Shown here: positions 27,216 through 40,190 of the stretch, one piece after another
How positions within the stretch are numbered: position 1 is the stretch's first letter
How the letters are laid out: each line of letters begins with the position of its first letter
Assembly: GCF_001194135.2 (NCBI RefSeq)
Contig: NC_068987.1
Span: forward strand, 13,213,980-13,277,979
DNA: 64,000 nucleotides
Source: Octopus bimaculoides
Lineage: Eukaryota
Reading direction: 5' to 3'
Notes under the pieces: generated by a model
What the model saw: the letters and a program-made list of their open reading frames with translations, nothing else
Told to the model about the DNA's origin: nothing
Database searches by the model: none
Position numbers and translations under genes: made by a program

Positions 27216-27550
27216 GAAGACGCATGGCTCAGTGGTTAGAGCATTGAGCTTACGATTGTGAGGTTGTGAGTTCGAATCCTGGACCGGGCAGTATGTTGTG
27301 TTTTTGAGCAAGACACTTTATTTCACATTGCTCCAATTCACTCAGCTGTAGAAATGAGTTGCGACATCACAGGTGCCAAGCTGTATCGGCCTTTGCCTTT
27401 CCCTTAGATGACATTGGTGACGTGGTGAGGGGAGGCTGGTATGCATGGACGACGGCTGGTCTTCCATAAACAACCTTGCCCGGACTTGTGCCTGGAAGGG
27501 TAACTTTCTAGGTGCAATCCCATGGTCAGTCATGACCGAAAAGGGTCTCA
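27216..27550 (+). mobile_element. SINE E, full length, inserted in a SINE B
   Basis: A-box TGGCTCAGTGG, B-box GTTCGAATCC; perfect 11-bp TSD ACTTGACTTGT (27205-27215, 27551-27561). Confidence 0.92.
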
Positions 27551-28429
27551 ACTTGACTTGTATCTATTTTATTGAGTTGAAAGGACAAAGGACAAAGTCG
27601 ACTTTGGCGGAATTTGAACTCAGAATGGACAGGGCCAGAAGAAATACCACTAAGCCATTTTGTCCAACTCACTAGCAATTCTGCCAGTTTACCACCCTAT
27701 TCTAGTTTATTAATAAACTCCACTCATATTTCGCAGTTGAGTGATTAACAGTATGAAGGGTATCAAGCCATAAAATCAATAACCGCAACAAGTAAATCAT
27801 CTCACATATGATAGAATAGAAAAACGAATGTAAAACAATAAAATAGAAACAAACAATTTCTTCCAGCAACAGATTTAGTCTTTTGTTTACAGTAAATTAT
27901 TTTATAGAAATGCCAGACCATCATCTACATCAATCAATGTTTTATTGACTTATTCTGTTTATGCTCAATCTGGTATTGTTTTGAATATGCAGCTTTTCAC
28001 TTGTCTGTCGTTTGCCTACTGAATAAAATCCTTTATTTGGAACTTACAGTGTATTATTAACTATTGCCTGTCTAGGTTGCTCACCGGCAAAAAAAAAAAA
28101 AAAGAAAAAAAAGAAAGCATTGTCCTTGGGGAGCCTCTGTATGAGAGCTTTTTATACTCTATGCGGCAGCACTGCTGTACGTCACTGAAAAGCTTTTGGT
28201 GGTCATAATATTAATTCAGTTGTGATCAATTTTTACGAATATCTGGAGGTTGTGAAGTATATTTGAGATCCGATAACTTTGCATGCAATTAAACAAGTAA
28301 CTGGCAACAGGATACAATGTTAATTTGCTAATTTAAACTTAATTGATGTTTCACTGTGTCAGCAAAAGTTTTGTATTTTGTAAATGAGTCAGTTGAGTAA
28401 AAAAAATTTGGAAAGCTCTACTTTGCGCG

Positions 28430-28645
28430 ATTGATCCATGCGCTGGAAATAGCAACCAAATCCCCTTCAAGTCACTTCTTACTGTCTTTAAAATAAACAA
28501 AAATAAAAGGACATTGGATAATGTAGTCCTAGATAAACTGTGTCTGGATAAAAGACAACATGAACAGAGTTGGAATATCTTTGACCATAGATCTATTTGA
28601 TCAGAGATGACTCGGGGCCAAATAAAAACAACAACAACAATAACC
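28430..28645 (+). mobile_element. Repeat F 3' segment
   Basis: Similarity to 25300-25497; (AAC)n tail. Confidence 0.65.
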
Positions 28646-29242
28646 TAATTTGCTAGTAACCAGGTGTATAATATGTTTACTGTAAGTATTCATTTTCTGT
28701 TTTTTTTTAAAAATATAATCATCTCTCACCTCAAGAAATTTCAGGAGTTTAACATTTTCTTCACGTTCTTCTGTGATAAACATAAAACTTCTTATATGTC
28801 AAAATAGGTGTCACGAGTGTTCGCCAAAATAGCTGCCCATGCAGCTATATAAATATTTCTGTTATTTGTTAGGAGGCTGAAATAGTTGGTACTCCTACAT
28901 GTTTCATAGACTATATTCGCCTCATGTAGGCTGCATTTTCCAGGTTGTTTCTTTCATATCAATATTCACTTTTGCCATAACAATATTATTGTAACATTTA
29001 TCTAACTATGAATATCTATCTATCTATCTATCTATCTATTTGTCTCTCTTTCTCTCTCTATTTGACTATGTATCTATTCAAATTACGATAAACGTAAAGA
29101 AACAAACGAAGTTTGCTTTTAGAAGCGTTGAGATGTCTTAGAAAGTTAAAGAATTGATTTTAAATTCTCAAACGCAGGATAATGCTAATGATATAGCCTG
29201 AACAGGATAAACTACCCCTATTTTGCAGAAAAAAGTGTAGGC

Positions 29243-29317
29243 GGCCAGCTATGAGACTCGAACTCACACCTCCGTGATTACGCGTCGTGGTGCTCTAACC
29301 GATTAAGCTAAACTACC
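29243..29317 (-). pseudogene. tRNA-like gene or pseudo-tRNA, Thr(CGT)-type loop
   Basis: D arm GCTT/GAGC, T arm GTGAG/CTCAT with TTCGA loop, intact A and B boxes, T6 terminator ~9 nt downstream; acceptor and anticodon stems carry mismatches and U33 is G. Confidence 0.7.
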
Positions 29318-29489
29318 CACTACAAATTCTTCTGCAAATTTAAATACACATATAGACAGACAGACAGATTGATATTCATCCATCCATCCATCCATCCAGT
29401 CACTGAAATGAAGCAACACCAAACCTAATTGGTTAGTATTTAAATGGGTGACCACTTGGGAAATCTAGATGCTGTAAACATCTTTAGGT

Positions 29490-29850
29490 GCAGGTGTAGT
29501 TAAACTGAGCACAAGACCACATGGTTGGGGACCTTGCTTGATTTAGTATCAGCATGTGGAACTTTGAGCAAGTGTCTTTCAATATAACCCCTGGCCAATG
29601 AAAGCCTTGTGAGTGAATGAGGTAGATGGCAAATGAAAGAAGCTCATTGTATATAGGTGTTTGCGTGTACCCCTGTCTTGATATCATGCGATAGCTGTAA
29701 ACACGCATCCCTATTATACAAATGGTGTCCATCATACAACAGGCTGGTAACAGGAAAGGCATCGAGGTATAGAAAATCTGCCTCAACGAACTCCATCTGA
29801 CCCATACAAGTATGGGAACGTAGATGTTAAAACGATGATGATGATAGTTA
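29490..29850 (+). mobile_element. SINE A2
   Basis: A head plus C-type (GAT)n tail. Confidence 0.75.
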
Positions 29851-30034
29851 GGAAAGAAAGCCTATGGTCTTTTACAAGATCTCCGAAACTAGTGGGAGGG
29901 AGTAAAGTATCTTCAAACTGGAGACCTGCCCTGAATGTTTGCCCCAGATGGGCTCTGCTAAGGCACTTTTAAACTGATAGACATCACATGAACTCCAAAA
30001 CAGATCCTTTAAATTTTTCAAACTTCATTATCTT

Positions 30035-30244
30035 TTATATTTTTCTTAGTTCATTTATTAGACTGCATCCATGTTGGGGTACCACCTTGACGGGATTAGT
30101 CAAACAAATTGGCCCCAGTACTTTTTGTTTAAATCTCATTTTTTGGGACCCTTTTTGTTGTACCACTAAGTTATGGTGATGTAAACAAACCAACACCAAT
30201 TGTCAACCAGTAGTGGAGGACAAACACACACACACTTATATACA

Positions 30245-30293
<49 letters not shown>

Positions 30294-30450
30294 ACACACA
30301 CACATATATACAACAAGCTTTCTTCAGGTTCTACCTTCCAAAACCACTCATTAGGCTTTGGTTACCCTAGGGCTATTGTAGAAGACACTTACCCAAGGTG
30401 CCATGCAGTGGGACTGAACCCAGAACCAAACATCTTATCACACAGCCATG
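30035..30450 (-). mobile_element. SINE A1, older copy
   Basis: Head, (CA)n and tail recognisable. Confidence 0.75.
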
Positions 30451-31394
30451 CCTGTATCTATTAGTGGAAATTATTAAAAAAATATTTTTTCAGAACCTGT
30501 TGGGACAAGCAGGCAAGAAAGATTACATTGATGACTCTCATATATATAAATATATTTCAATCACAATGGTAACACCTACACAAAGGAGTTAATATACTGC
30601 TTTATATATGACCAGGCATAAGTGTGGCTGTATGTTTAAGAAGCTTACTTCCCAACCTCTTAATTCAGTTTCCATCTACCAAATCCACTCACAAGGCTTT
30701 GGTCAGCTTGGGACTGTAGAAGAAGGCAATTACCCAGTGTCATGCAGTGGGACTGAACCTGAAACCATGTGGAACCCGTTGGAATAATGATACACATTTA
30801 CAGCCATAATTATAGAGGCACAAAAATAAACATCCTTCATAGTCTCTTTAGTGTGCATTATTGCGTTAGGTACTTAAGTACATAAAAGATGTTATCAATA
30901 AAATGGGTGTTCATGGTTTAGATAAGAGGCATTAATTTACAGTTAATTACAGGAAGGATTAATTTTGATTGGCCTTAGAAAAAAAAATGTGAAACAATGA
31001 AAAAGCTGATTGTTTGATTGTAGGTCAAAGGTGTGTGCATCTAGATACAAAGTAAATAAAAATGAAAGGGAATATAGAATATAAAATGAATGCACAACTC
31101 CTTTGTCAATATAGATTCTATTTATGTGGGGTACAAATTTTTAGCATTTAATTACCCTAATTTCTAATGAGTGAATATAAGGAATAATGAAATGGAATAT
31201 GTTGATAATGTTTGTACAAAATGAAAGGATACAATTCTATATTTCTGAGATGAGAAATTTATTTTATGTATTCTGTTTATATTAGTCAAACTGGTACCCT
31301 CATCTTAATTGTTGTTTTTACTCTATTTCGGTTGTTGTATGCTCCAATCTTCCTCAGGTGTCTTGTGTTCTTGTGTTGAACTCAGTTGTAAGTT

Positions 31395-31530
31395 CCAAAT
31401 TCTGATACAACAACCAAGTTCAACACGAGACACCTGAAGAAAGCTAGAGTGTACAACAGCCAAAATGTAGTGAAAGCAACAATCAAGATGAGGATGCTAG
31501 TATGACTAATATAAACAGTATACATAAATG
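31395..31530 (+). mobile_element. Penelope-like terminal-repeat fragment with decayed minimal hammerhead
   Basis: CAC-CTGAAGA-AAGCT..AGCC-AAA-ATGT-A-GTG at 31431-31472 keeps hammerhead topology. Confidence 0.55.
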
Positions 31531-31584
31531 AAAGAATGGTTTCTATATTGCAGATAGGTCGATTCAGGTATTGGTGCATACGCT

Positions 31585-31720
31585 GTTGCAATGCATTATT
31601 GCTTTTCCATCATTTGTCAGTATTTACTTGGGACATCTTGGGCGACCCTCCAAGCAGTGTCCCAGTCTGTCCCCATCTCCATAAGTTATTTTCTTCATCC
31701 ACTGCGACCATGTGGTCTGT
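31585..31720 (-). mobile_element. Possible RTE-like LINE 3' remnant
   Basis: Minus-strand peptide DWDTAWRVAQD resembles the W.EA...AQDR..W motif. Confidence 0.35.
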
Positions 31721-33202
31721 AACCACCTAACATGAGGCATCATTCCAGCTGGATCCTTAGAGAAGAAAACACAACACGCAGGATCCAACTTGGAAAATCA
31801 AACATGACGAAACAGTCTGAGCTTACACCCCAAATCATACAAATGGTAAGATGCATCTCAGTTTCTGAGCATAGTCATTGTTTGGACACAAATCTCAGTT
31901 ATTACACTCACAGTTCCTTGGTCGGCCCAAAGTTATAGTAAAAGACACTTGCCCAAGATGCCTCGCAGTGGGACTGAACCCAGAATCTTGTGGTTGGGAA
32001 GCAAACTTCTTACCACACAGCCACACCTTCACCTATAGATAGATAGATAGATAGATAATATAGAATCTGGTTGAACTCTCTGCCTCCTCTATTCTGGTCA
32101 AACTGTCCAACTCATGCCAGCATGGAAAAGAGGACATTAAATGATGATGATGATGATGCAACTAGTTTCCACAGACTTTCGTGACTACTTACAAGGCGCT
32201 AGTCAGCATGGGCCTATAATCGAAGAAAGACACTGGACCAACCAAGGTGCTACATGGGAATGAACCTGCGACTTCATGATTGCAAAACAAACTTCTTAGC
32301 CACACAGCCATGCCTGTGGCTAATCTGCGACTTAATAAAAGACAGATATTTAACAAGTGAAGTCTAATGTTATCTTACATATAACAGCGAAATGTCAGCT
32401 TAAGCTTTGAACCAAAATTTCGAACACTTAAAATAAGCCAGTTTGATGCGGGCTGTTGAAAGGGTTAACAGTTAAGATTTTTGCATAAATGCTATTAGAT
32501 ATTATAAACATCAATTTGAGATAGTGTAAAAGAGCAGCTGATTCTCTGACGTCAATGGGCTTGTTGCTGGTGTTTTTTTTTCTTTTTCCTGTCTCAAACC
32601 TGTGCTTGTTATGACTTAATGTCATCTTCTATTATGCTTGTGATCCAGATTTCTTTCTTTTATTTGTTATTCATTATTTAATCGAGAGAAGGAGGGACAG
32701 TGCAGGTGACCTTTGCAGACCGTCCTAGATTGGCTGAGGTTGATAAATAGTGGATGTTCTGTCGATGCGTGAAAGGAAGCAACAGACAGGGGAGTGACTC
32801 TCCAGAAGGTTGCAGATTTGGAAGAAAGGATTGGGTTTGTATTTAGTGTGTGGTTAGGATGGAGTCGGATGCTGTACTGAAGGGTTTCAAGAGGAATTTG
32901 GGTGAAAAAGGTATGTACGACGTAAACATAAATGAGCTGAGAGAAATACCTTAAAGTGATTAGAGACATGTATTTGAACAAATACAGGTATATCAAATAC
33001 CACACAACATAAATTTTTGATTTATTCTTTTATTCCTTTACTTGTTTTAGTCATTTGACTGTGGCCATGCTGGAGCACCACCTTGAATGGTTTTTTAGTC
33101 AAACAAGTCAACTCCAGGACTTATATTTTTTTAAGCCTCGTACTTATTCTATCAGTCTCTTTAGCTAAACCACCAAGTTTCAGGGATGTAAACACACCAA
33201 CA

Positions 33203-33502
33203 TGGAGTCACATGGCCTAGTGGACTCCCACGGTTGAGGGATCATGGGTTCAAATCTCAGTCCGGGCGATGTATGTGTTTATGAATAAAAAAAACCTAAG
33301 CTCCATGCGGCTCCAGCAGAAGGTAATGACGAACTTCTGCTGACTCTTTCACCATAACTTTCTCTCACTCTTTCCTCCTGCATCTAGCAGCTCACCTGTG
33401 ACAGACCGGTGTCCTGTTCAAGTGAGGTACCTATATGCCAATGAAACTGGGAAAGCAGCCCTTATGAGCCAGGCATGGCTTGAGAGAGAACAAACAACAA
33501 CA
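33203..33502 (+). mobile_element. SINE D2 (D head, different 3' half), inserted in a SINE A1
   Basis: Perfect 13-bp TSD AAACACACCAACA (33190-33202, 33503-33515); host A1 continues on both sides. Confidence 0.85.
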
Positions 33503-34928
33503 AAACACACCAACACTGGTTGTCAAATGGTGATGTGGGACAAACATAAACACAAAGAGACTCACACACACACACACATATATGTGACGGGCTTCTTTCA
33601 GTTTCCATTTCCCAAGTTCACTCACAAAGCTGTGGTCATCCCAAGGCTATAGAAGACATTGCTCAAGGTGCCACACAGTGGGGACTGAACCTGGAACCAC
33701 ATGGTTGGGAAGCAAGCTTCTTACCAGACAGCCATATTAAAATTACCTCCACTTCTAGAGAACGTACCATAATTATCAAGTGATAATTTAAGAGTTGTAA
33801 TGTTTGGAGTTCACCAGCATAGATAGTTGATAAAATAAAAGACAACCAATATATAAAGAATTTTACGTACCTTACTAATCCAAAACATATTTTGGCATAC
33901 ATGACACACATTCTTCTTCTCTGAGAGTGATTCTTTGCTTTCTGGGATTCTTTTTCTTCTTTTTTTTTCTTTTTGTTCTGACATTTTTACTTTTCATGGA
34001 TACCATACGCAAATCTTTCATTTCATCTGGTTTATAATGGTACTTGTGTGGTGGGGATAACTGATGTGCATGTATGTGAGTGTGTCTGTATGTGTTCACT
34101 TCTTGAAATCTGTTTTATAATACAGAGTGTGTACATACATATAAATATGAGTGTGTGTAATGTTTATGTACAAATAGTTTCCAATATTGATTATAATGTG
34201 ATTTGAATGTGTGAGTATATGTATTTATGTTGTTGTTGTTGTTTAGCTGCAGACATTCCATCTGTGACTGTCTTGTATTATTTCTAAAGGACCACATTAT
34301 GCAGCATGTCCTTCCTTTTTTTAAGATGGTCAAGCAGAGTTTGAGTGAAACTTGGTTGCTGTTTCTAGCAGGTCAGGCAGTTATCTAAGTTGAGTAAACC
34401 TATTATTAGGAGTTTTCTGGCCATGACCGTCTTGTATTTTTAGTGATTTCTCAGACTACTTTATCAAATGTGCCAGTAAGATCACAGAGCTAACTTAGTA
34501 CTTTATTTTAATGACACCCCCCACACGCACACACACACACACTCACCTTCAAGAAAAGGACGAGAGGCAAAGTTGATTTCAGTGACATTCAGACACAGAA
34601 TGTAAAGAACTTGAAGAAATGCTGCTCGGCAGTTTGGACTGTAGAATAGGATTTGAGACAGATTTGACTATTTCTAGAAGACTGGGCAACCAACATATAA
34701 GCACCCTTATTTGTTTATATTTGTGTGTATGTATGTGTGTATGCTATCTTCTTAAAATCTATTTGTGAGTAGTACATACATATACATATAAATCTTAAAA
34801 TTTGTTTACCAAGAGAACATACATGCAAATATATATTTGTGTATGATGTGGATCTGTGTGTGTAGGTGTGTGTGAATGTGTGTTTCTTCACATAAACTCC
34901 ATATTTTGTGGCCATTATGTAGAGCATC

Positions 34929-35146
34929 TATAAGGCGGCGAGCTGGCAGAAACATTAACATGCCGGGCGAAATGCTTAGTGGGATTTCATCTGACTTTGC
35001 GTTCTGAGTTCAAATTCCGCTGAGGTCAACTTTGCCTTTCATCTTTTCAGAGTTGATAAATTAAGTACCAGTTGCATACTGGGGTCGATCTAATCGACTG
35101 GTTCCCCTCCCCCAAAATTTCTGTCTTTGTGCCTAGAGTAGAAAAG
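34929..35146 (+). mobile_element. SINE B, full length
   Basis: 15-bp TSD ATTATGTAGAGCATC (34914-34928, 35147-35161). Confidence 0.92.
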
Positions 35147-35424
35147 ATTATGTAGAGCATCCAATCAAAAACATTTGTTTGAGTTAGACATGTTGAAGCT
35201 AAGTACAATTATATGTAGCATTATTCATCTTCAGAGGTTCTATGCTCACATACATATTTCAACAGACTCATCTAACCCATGTACATAAATCCAAGTATGA
35301 AAAATTGACATTAAATGAAATTACATATCACTGCATTTCGTTTTTGTAATTTAGTTTGCAAGATTCTTGATGTGAACTCATGTTTTGGAAACAGATTTTG
35401 TTGTTTGTATCCCATTAAGGCTAT

Positions 35425-35600
35425 TATAGTTAGTTATCTCCATGCCACGGGGCACATAAGACCACGACACAATCTCTCCGACACTGTTCTGGTCTCAATC
35501 TCCACCATTTGTCACTTTAGTGCTACCATACAATCGCTTTCTCAATCTTGTCTGAAGACGTGTCCAATCTAGTTCTAGCATCTCTGTCTAAATTCATCAG
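35425..35600 (-). mobile_element. RTE-clade LINE extreme 3' remnant
   Basis: Minus-strand peptide ..VVVLCAPWHGDN* followed by a short TAAC-type tail. Confidence 0.5.
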
Positions 35601-38179
35601 TAATCCTGTTGATTTGAGGGTCATTATGCCAATAATAAACGCAGGCACTGGTTCTATTTCACTTCCTTTTTGTATTATTATTATTATCGTCAGTCAATTC
35701 GTTAGCTAATCAATTATTCAATTAATCACTCAGTCAATGAATTAATCAGCTAGATTTGTCAGCCCTTTTTTCACCTCATCAAAGACATTCCTTCTCTTAT
35801 CCAAGTTTCGTTTTAAGTAATCCAGCTGAAATTATGTTTCTCACAATAATTTTAATTTTTCTTACAATATTTTCAAACTAAGAAAAGTGAAATAATTCAT
35901 CATATTCCTGAATTGGCTGAAATGTAATGTAATAATAATAGTTCAGCCAAGTGCATAACTGTTATTTTAAGTTGCTTGAATTCTCATCTGCTGAAGACTA
36001 TGTATGTCTTTTCCTCTTTGCTCTGGTTTCTTTTCATTATTTAGATTGCTAAATAATTGTTCTGTCCCACTTTCATGTTTTTTCTCTTCGTTTCTCTTTT
36101 GCTGGTCTTTTTGCTTTAATGTAAAAAACCCCGTCAAAAGGCAAAGGCTTACTAAGTGTTTTGGTTTGAGTTTGTTCAACAGGAAATATATCCCCAGGTC
36201 TGAAATAATAAAATGGTGAAAGGCACTTGAGAGCTAGCCAAATTCTTCAAGGGCAAGTAATGAAGATAGATTAATTGAAGTCAGTTCCAGGTAGCAGAGC
36301 AGCAACTCTCAACAGAAAAAACATAAAAACATTTGGTTTCCAGGTGGACTCCATATCCGGTTCTCATTAATCTTTTTCACAACCAAAACATTTTGATGGG
36401 AGAAGAGGGACACTAAAAAAGGAATTCTAAATTCTCATATATTTTTATGTTATAATCTTTTATAGGAATCTACATTATCATTCTTTAAACTCTTTAAACC
36501 CATATTTTCGTTTCTTCTTCATTTGCCACATATCTTGTTTATTTTCATTTAGGTTTTGGAAGAGTTTTTGTTGTTGTTGTTCATTTTCATTGGCTGTCCC
36601 TTCATTTCAATCATAACATCTCTTTTCAAAGGAGTTATAAATGATTATTATTATTGTTATTATTATTGGAATTGTTGGCACACCGGGCAAAATGCTTATG
36701 AGTATTTTGTCCATCTTTACGTTCTGAGTTCAAATTCCGCCAAGGTTGACTTTGCCTTTCATCCTTTTGGGCCAATAAAATAAGTACTAGTTGAGCGCTG
36801 GGGGAGGGGTCAATGTAATTGACTAAAACTCCCTCAAAATTGCAGGCCGTGTGCCAAAATTTGAAATCATTGTTAATATTATTTAGTTGATAACCAACTG
36901 AAACTATGCATATTATCCAACCATCTCATTCTTGAGCTACCCCTAGATTTCTTGTTGGCTGGCTTGGCTTGAAGATCCAAACTAAAAGACAAAAAAAGAA
37001 AAAGGAATGGTAGGGTGAGATTTGAGGGTGATTTGGCTGCTATTTCTAACAAGGAAAATTACCACATACAGCCTTTGCCATTGACTCTCTAATTCTTAAT
37101 TATATCATTCTTATGTTTGTACACACCACTAAAGTTGTTATTTTAATTAAAATTCCTTAGCTTTCATTACATTAAGTACACTAGCGCCCTCTTTGCTATT
37201 AAAGATACACAGGTGTTACACCTTACCAGGAATGCTTCATCCCAAGCCATAGAGGCTTTGAAAATAACCAAGCCATCTCCAATGATGATGATGATGATGA
37301 TGATGATGATCAGGAGTTAGCAGTTTTGTAGCTTTTATCTTTTACTTTTTACTTGTTTCATCATTGGACTATGGCCAAGCTGGGGCACCACCTTAAATGG
37401 TCTTAGTCAAACAAATCAACTCCAGTGCTTCTGACTTTTTTTTTTTTTTTAAGTTTGCTGCTTATACTATCGAATCATTTTATTGCTGAACTTGTAAGTT
37501 ACAGGGACATAAACAAACCAACATCAGTCGTCAAGCAGTAAGGAGACAAGTCCAAAGACACACACATATAAAGATGGTTTTATACATGCACACACACACT
37601 GAGCTTCCACACAGTTTCCATCTACAGGCATTGGTCAATCCAAGGTTTTAGTAGAAAACACTTGCCCAAGGTGCTATACACTGAAACTGAACCCCAAACC
37701 ACGTAGCTGCAAAGCAAGTTTTTTAACCACACAGCCACCCTGAACCTATGTATGTATCCAATGTAGTGTGAACTCAACAGCTAGACAACAACTTTCAGCT
37801 ACATTTGTATTATGATAAGCTCAACCTCTATAAAAATACATCATAGATGAGTTTTTATCTAGCATTAGCTTATCACTGGTTATCATCTTCAGTGTCTTGA
37901 CTTGTGTTTCAATATCTAAAATAGAGTTTATGTATTTGAATTCACATATAGACCTCAGTATCTCTTAACTTTTTAACAAAAGGGGATTCTTTACTTAAAG
38001 CTCATCAGTCGTAATAACCACAACTGATATGTATGTATGTATGTATGTATGTACGTATGTACGTACGTACGTACGTATGTACGTACGTACGTACGTATGT
38101 ATGCATGCATGCTCAAAAAGTATCAGAACTGGTTTTATAAAAAGAAAACTACTATACATAACAATTTAGCATACATATT

Positions 38180-38343
38180 AAGACATCATAAAGAAGAATG
38201 GAGAATCGTACATCTACAAAATTTGTTCATTACTGTATTATTCTCATTAAATTCCAATCCGACACGTGTTTCTGCTACATAGGTGTCCTAATGTCCATTG
38301 ATGTAGCATTCTTCTTTATGATGTCTTGATTATACACCCTGTA
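38180..38343. mobile_element. Small inverted-repeat element, Tc1/mariner-like MITE
   Basis: Perfect 21-bp inverted repeat 38180-38200 / 38307-38327; right end CACCCTG-TA. Confidence 0.6.
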
Positions 38344-38595
38344 TTCATAAAAGAAATCTAATGAAGTGAACTCTGGATTTATCTATGAAGTGAAGTACTG
38401 TGTAATTGTTTATCTTTAAACAATTTTGTATGTACCCTATCATTCAATGGGGTTAGCCAGATCTGGATTATATCAGAGTGCTGATTAGGTACCTGCCCAG
38501 ATTCCAAATCTCTATTTCTTTATGTCGTGCATACATATTATATACATACAAAACACATATCATGTACACACATATAGACAGACAGAGATATATAG

Positions 38596-38895
38596 ACATG
38601 GGATCGTTGCTGGTGCCCCTGGGCTGGCTCTTGTGCGGGTGACACATGAGGTTTCTCAAGCGAGATGAGCGTGGCCTTTGCCAGTACCGCCTGACTGGCC
38701 TTCGTGCAGGTGACACGTAAAAGCACCCACTACACTCTCTGAGTGGTAGGCTTTAGGAAGGGCATCCAGCTGTAGAAACACTGTCAAATCAGATTGGAGC
38801 CTGGTGTAGCCATCTGGTTTCACCAGTCCTCAGTCAAATCGTCCAACCCATGCTAGCATGGAAGGCGGACGTTAAACGATGATGATGATGATGAT
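38596..38895 (+). mobile_element. Family C LINE 3' end
   Basis: Match to other C copies. Confidence 0.85.
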
Positions 38896-40004
38896 ATATA
38901 CATACATATACATGTGAGTTTTTGGTTACATAGTGTATTTTATTTTGCCCAAGTCTTGACACCCCCTTTTAAGATAAATAAATAAAACCTTACTACTATA
39001 TTATCTTACAACACCATAACAAACAACATTTTCAGTAAACTTCTAAATAAATAAATAACTTGTTTACTATTATGGTTTTGATTTTAAATAAAGTTCCTTC
39101 TGTTCTTACGATATACAGGCAAAAATATTCACTCGAAAAAGAAACTGCCAAACTAATATTACGCATTACAAACTATTTGTATCAAGTTAGTTGTACAATA
39201 ACGACTTGATAAACATGTCTGACTATAAATGGAAAACTGTATTGGACATATACTAGTTTCTTGTTTAACAGAAAAAGATATATATATATATATATATGTG
39301 CTGACCTAATATATACTGGCTATAATAAATAAATTTGTATTTGAAATAAATTGCTTCATATGAAATAATGTCTCTTGTTTGTCTTTGACATTAATAATTA
39401 CTGTTTTAGCTTATTGCAGTGTATCGTTCTTAAATAGATGAATTTCATAAAGATATATATAAATTTTTTTTTTTTTTTTTTCTCCCAAATTTTATATGTA
39501 ATTTGTTTACATAGAAATGTTAATTGCGAAATCGTTTTTATATTGTCCACTTAGCAAATATTATTTTGGGGAAAATAATGACAACAGCAAGTTGACAGTA
39601 GAATACCAAGGCTGTTTTTTTGGTTTTTTTTAAGTTTTTATCTGGGTTAGAAATTTTGTCCCTCATACCTCCTGGTTTGACATACCAGTAATATACATGA
39701 ATTGGTTTAATTAAAATAAATATTTGCTTTCATTTACTATTTATAATAAAACTACTGTATTTGATGGTGTGGCAGAGCTTAGATTTGAAACTGTATTCAT
39801 CCAGTATCGAGAAATAGGCCACAACTTACCCTAGGTTCTAACAAGAGCATTTCAACTGTATGTGTACACTCAGTGAAATTTTCCATGAATTTTCCCACCA
39901 AAATATAGTTATAGGTATAGATGCAGGGTACAATCAGTACAGAGGTTGAGAGAGGTTCCTGTTAGGATGGATAAGCACAGGATACTTCGTCAAATGCTCA
40001 ACCT

Positions 40005-40190
40005 TGGGTTAAATAGGCCATATCTGGCCCAAATCTATTGCCTGTTTTATGGTAAAAACCAGCCAGATCTGGCATCTCACACCTATCCTACAATGCAATA
40101 CTAAAAATAAGCAGTCACCTCATTGGAGTTTTGAAGCTACGAGATAATGCATGAATGCGAATAAATAAGCAAAGCGATTTTGTGAGGTAT
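40005..40190. mobile_element. piggyBac-type MITE family 2 fragment
   Basis: Similar to 7104-7210 and the reverse of 16960-17063. Confidence 0.65.

Noticed and set aside
32680-32910. Purine-rich stretch that looks like decayed coding sequence
   Set aside because: All plus-strand frames are interrupted and no motif could be recognised.
37985-38015. Minus-strand CTGATGA-GCTTT-AAGT-AAAG
   Set aside because: Stem II-like hairpin present but no GAAA or stem III follows.
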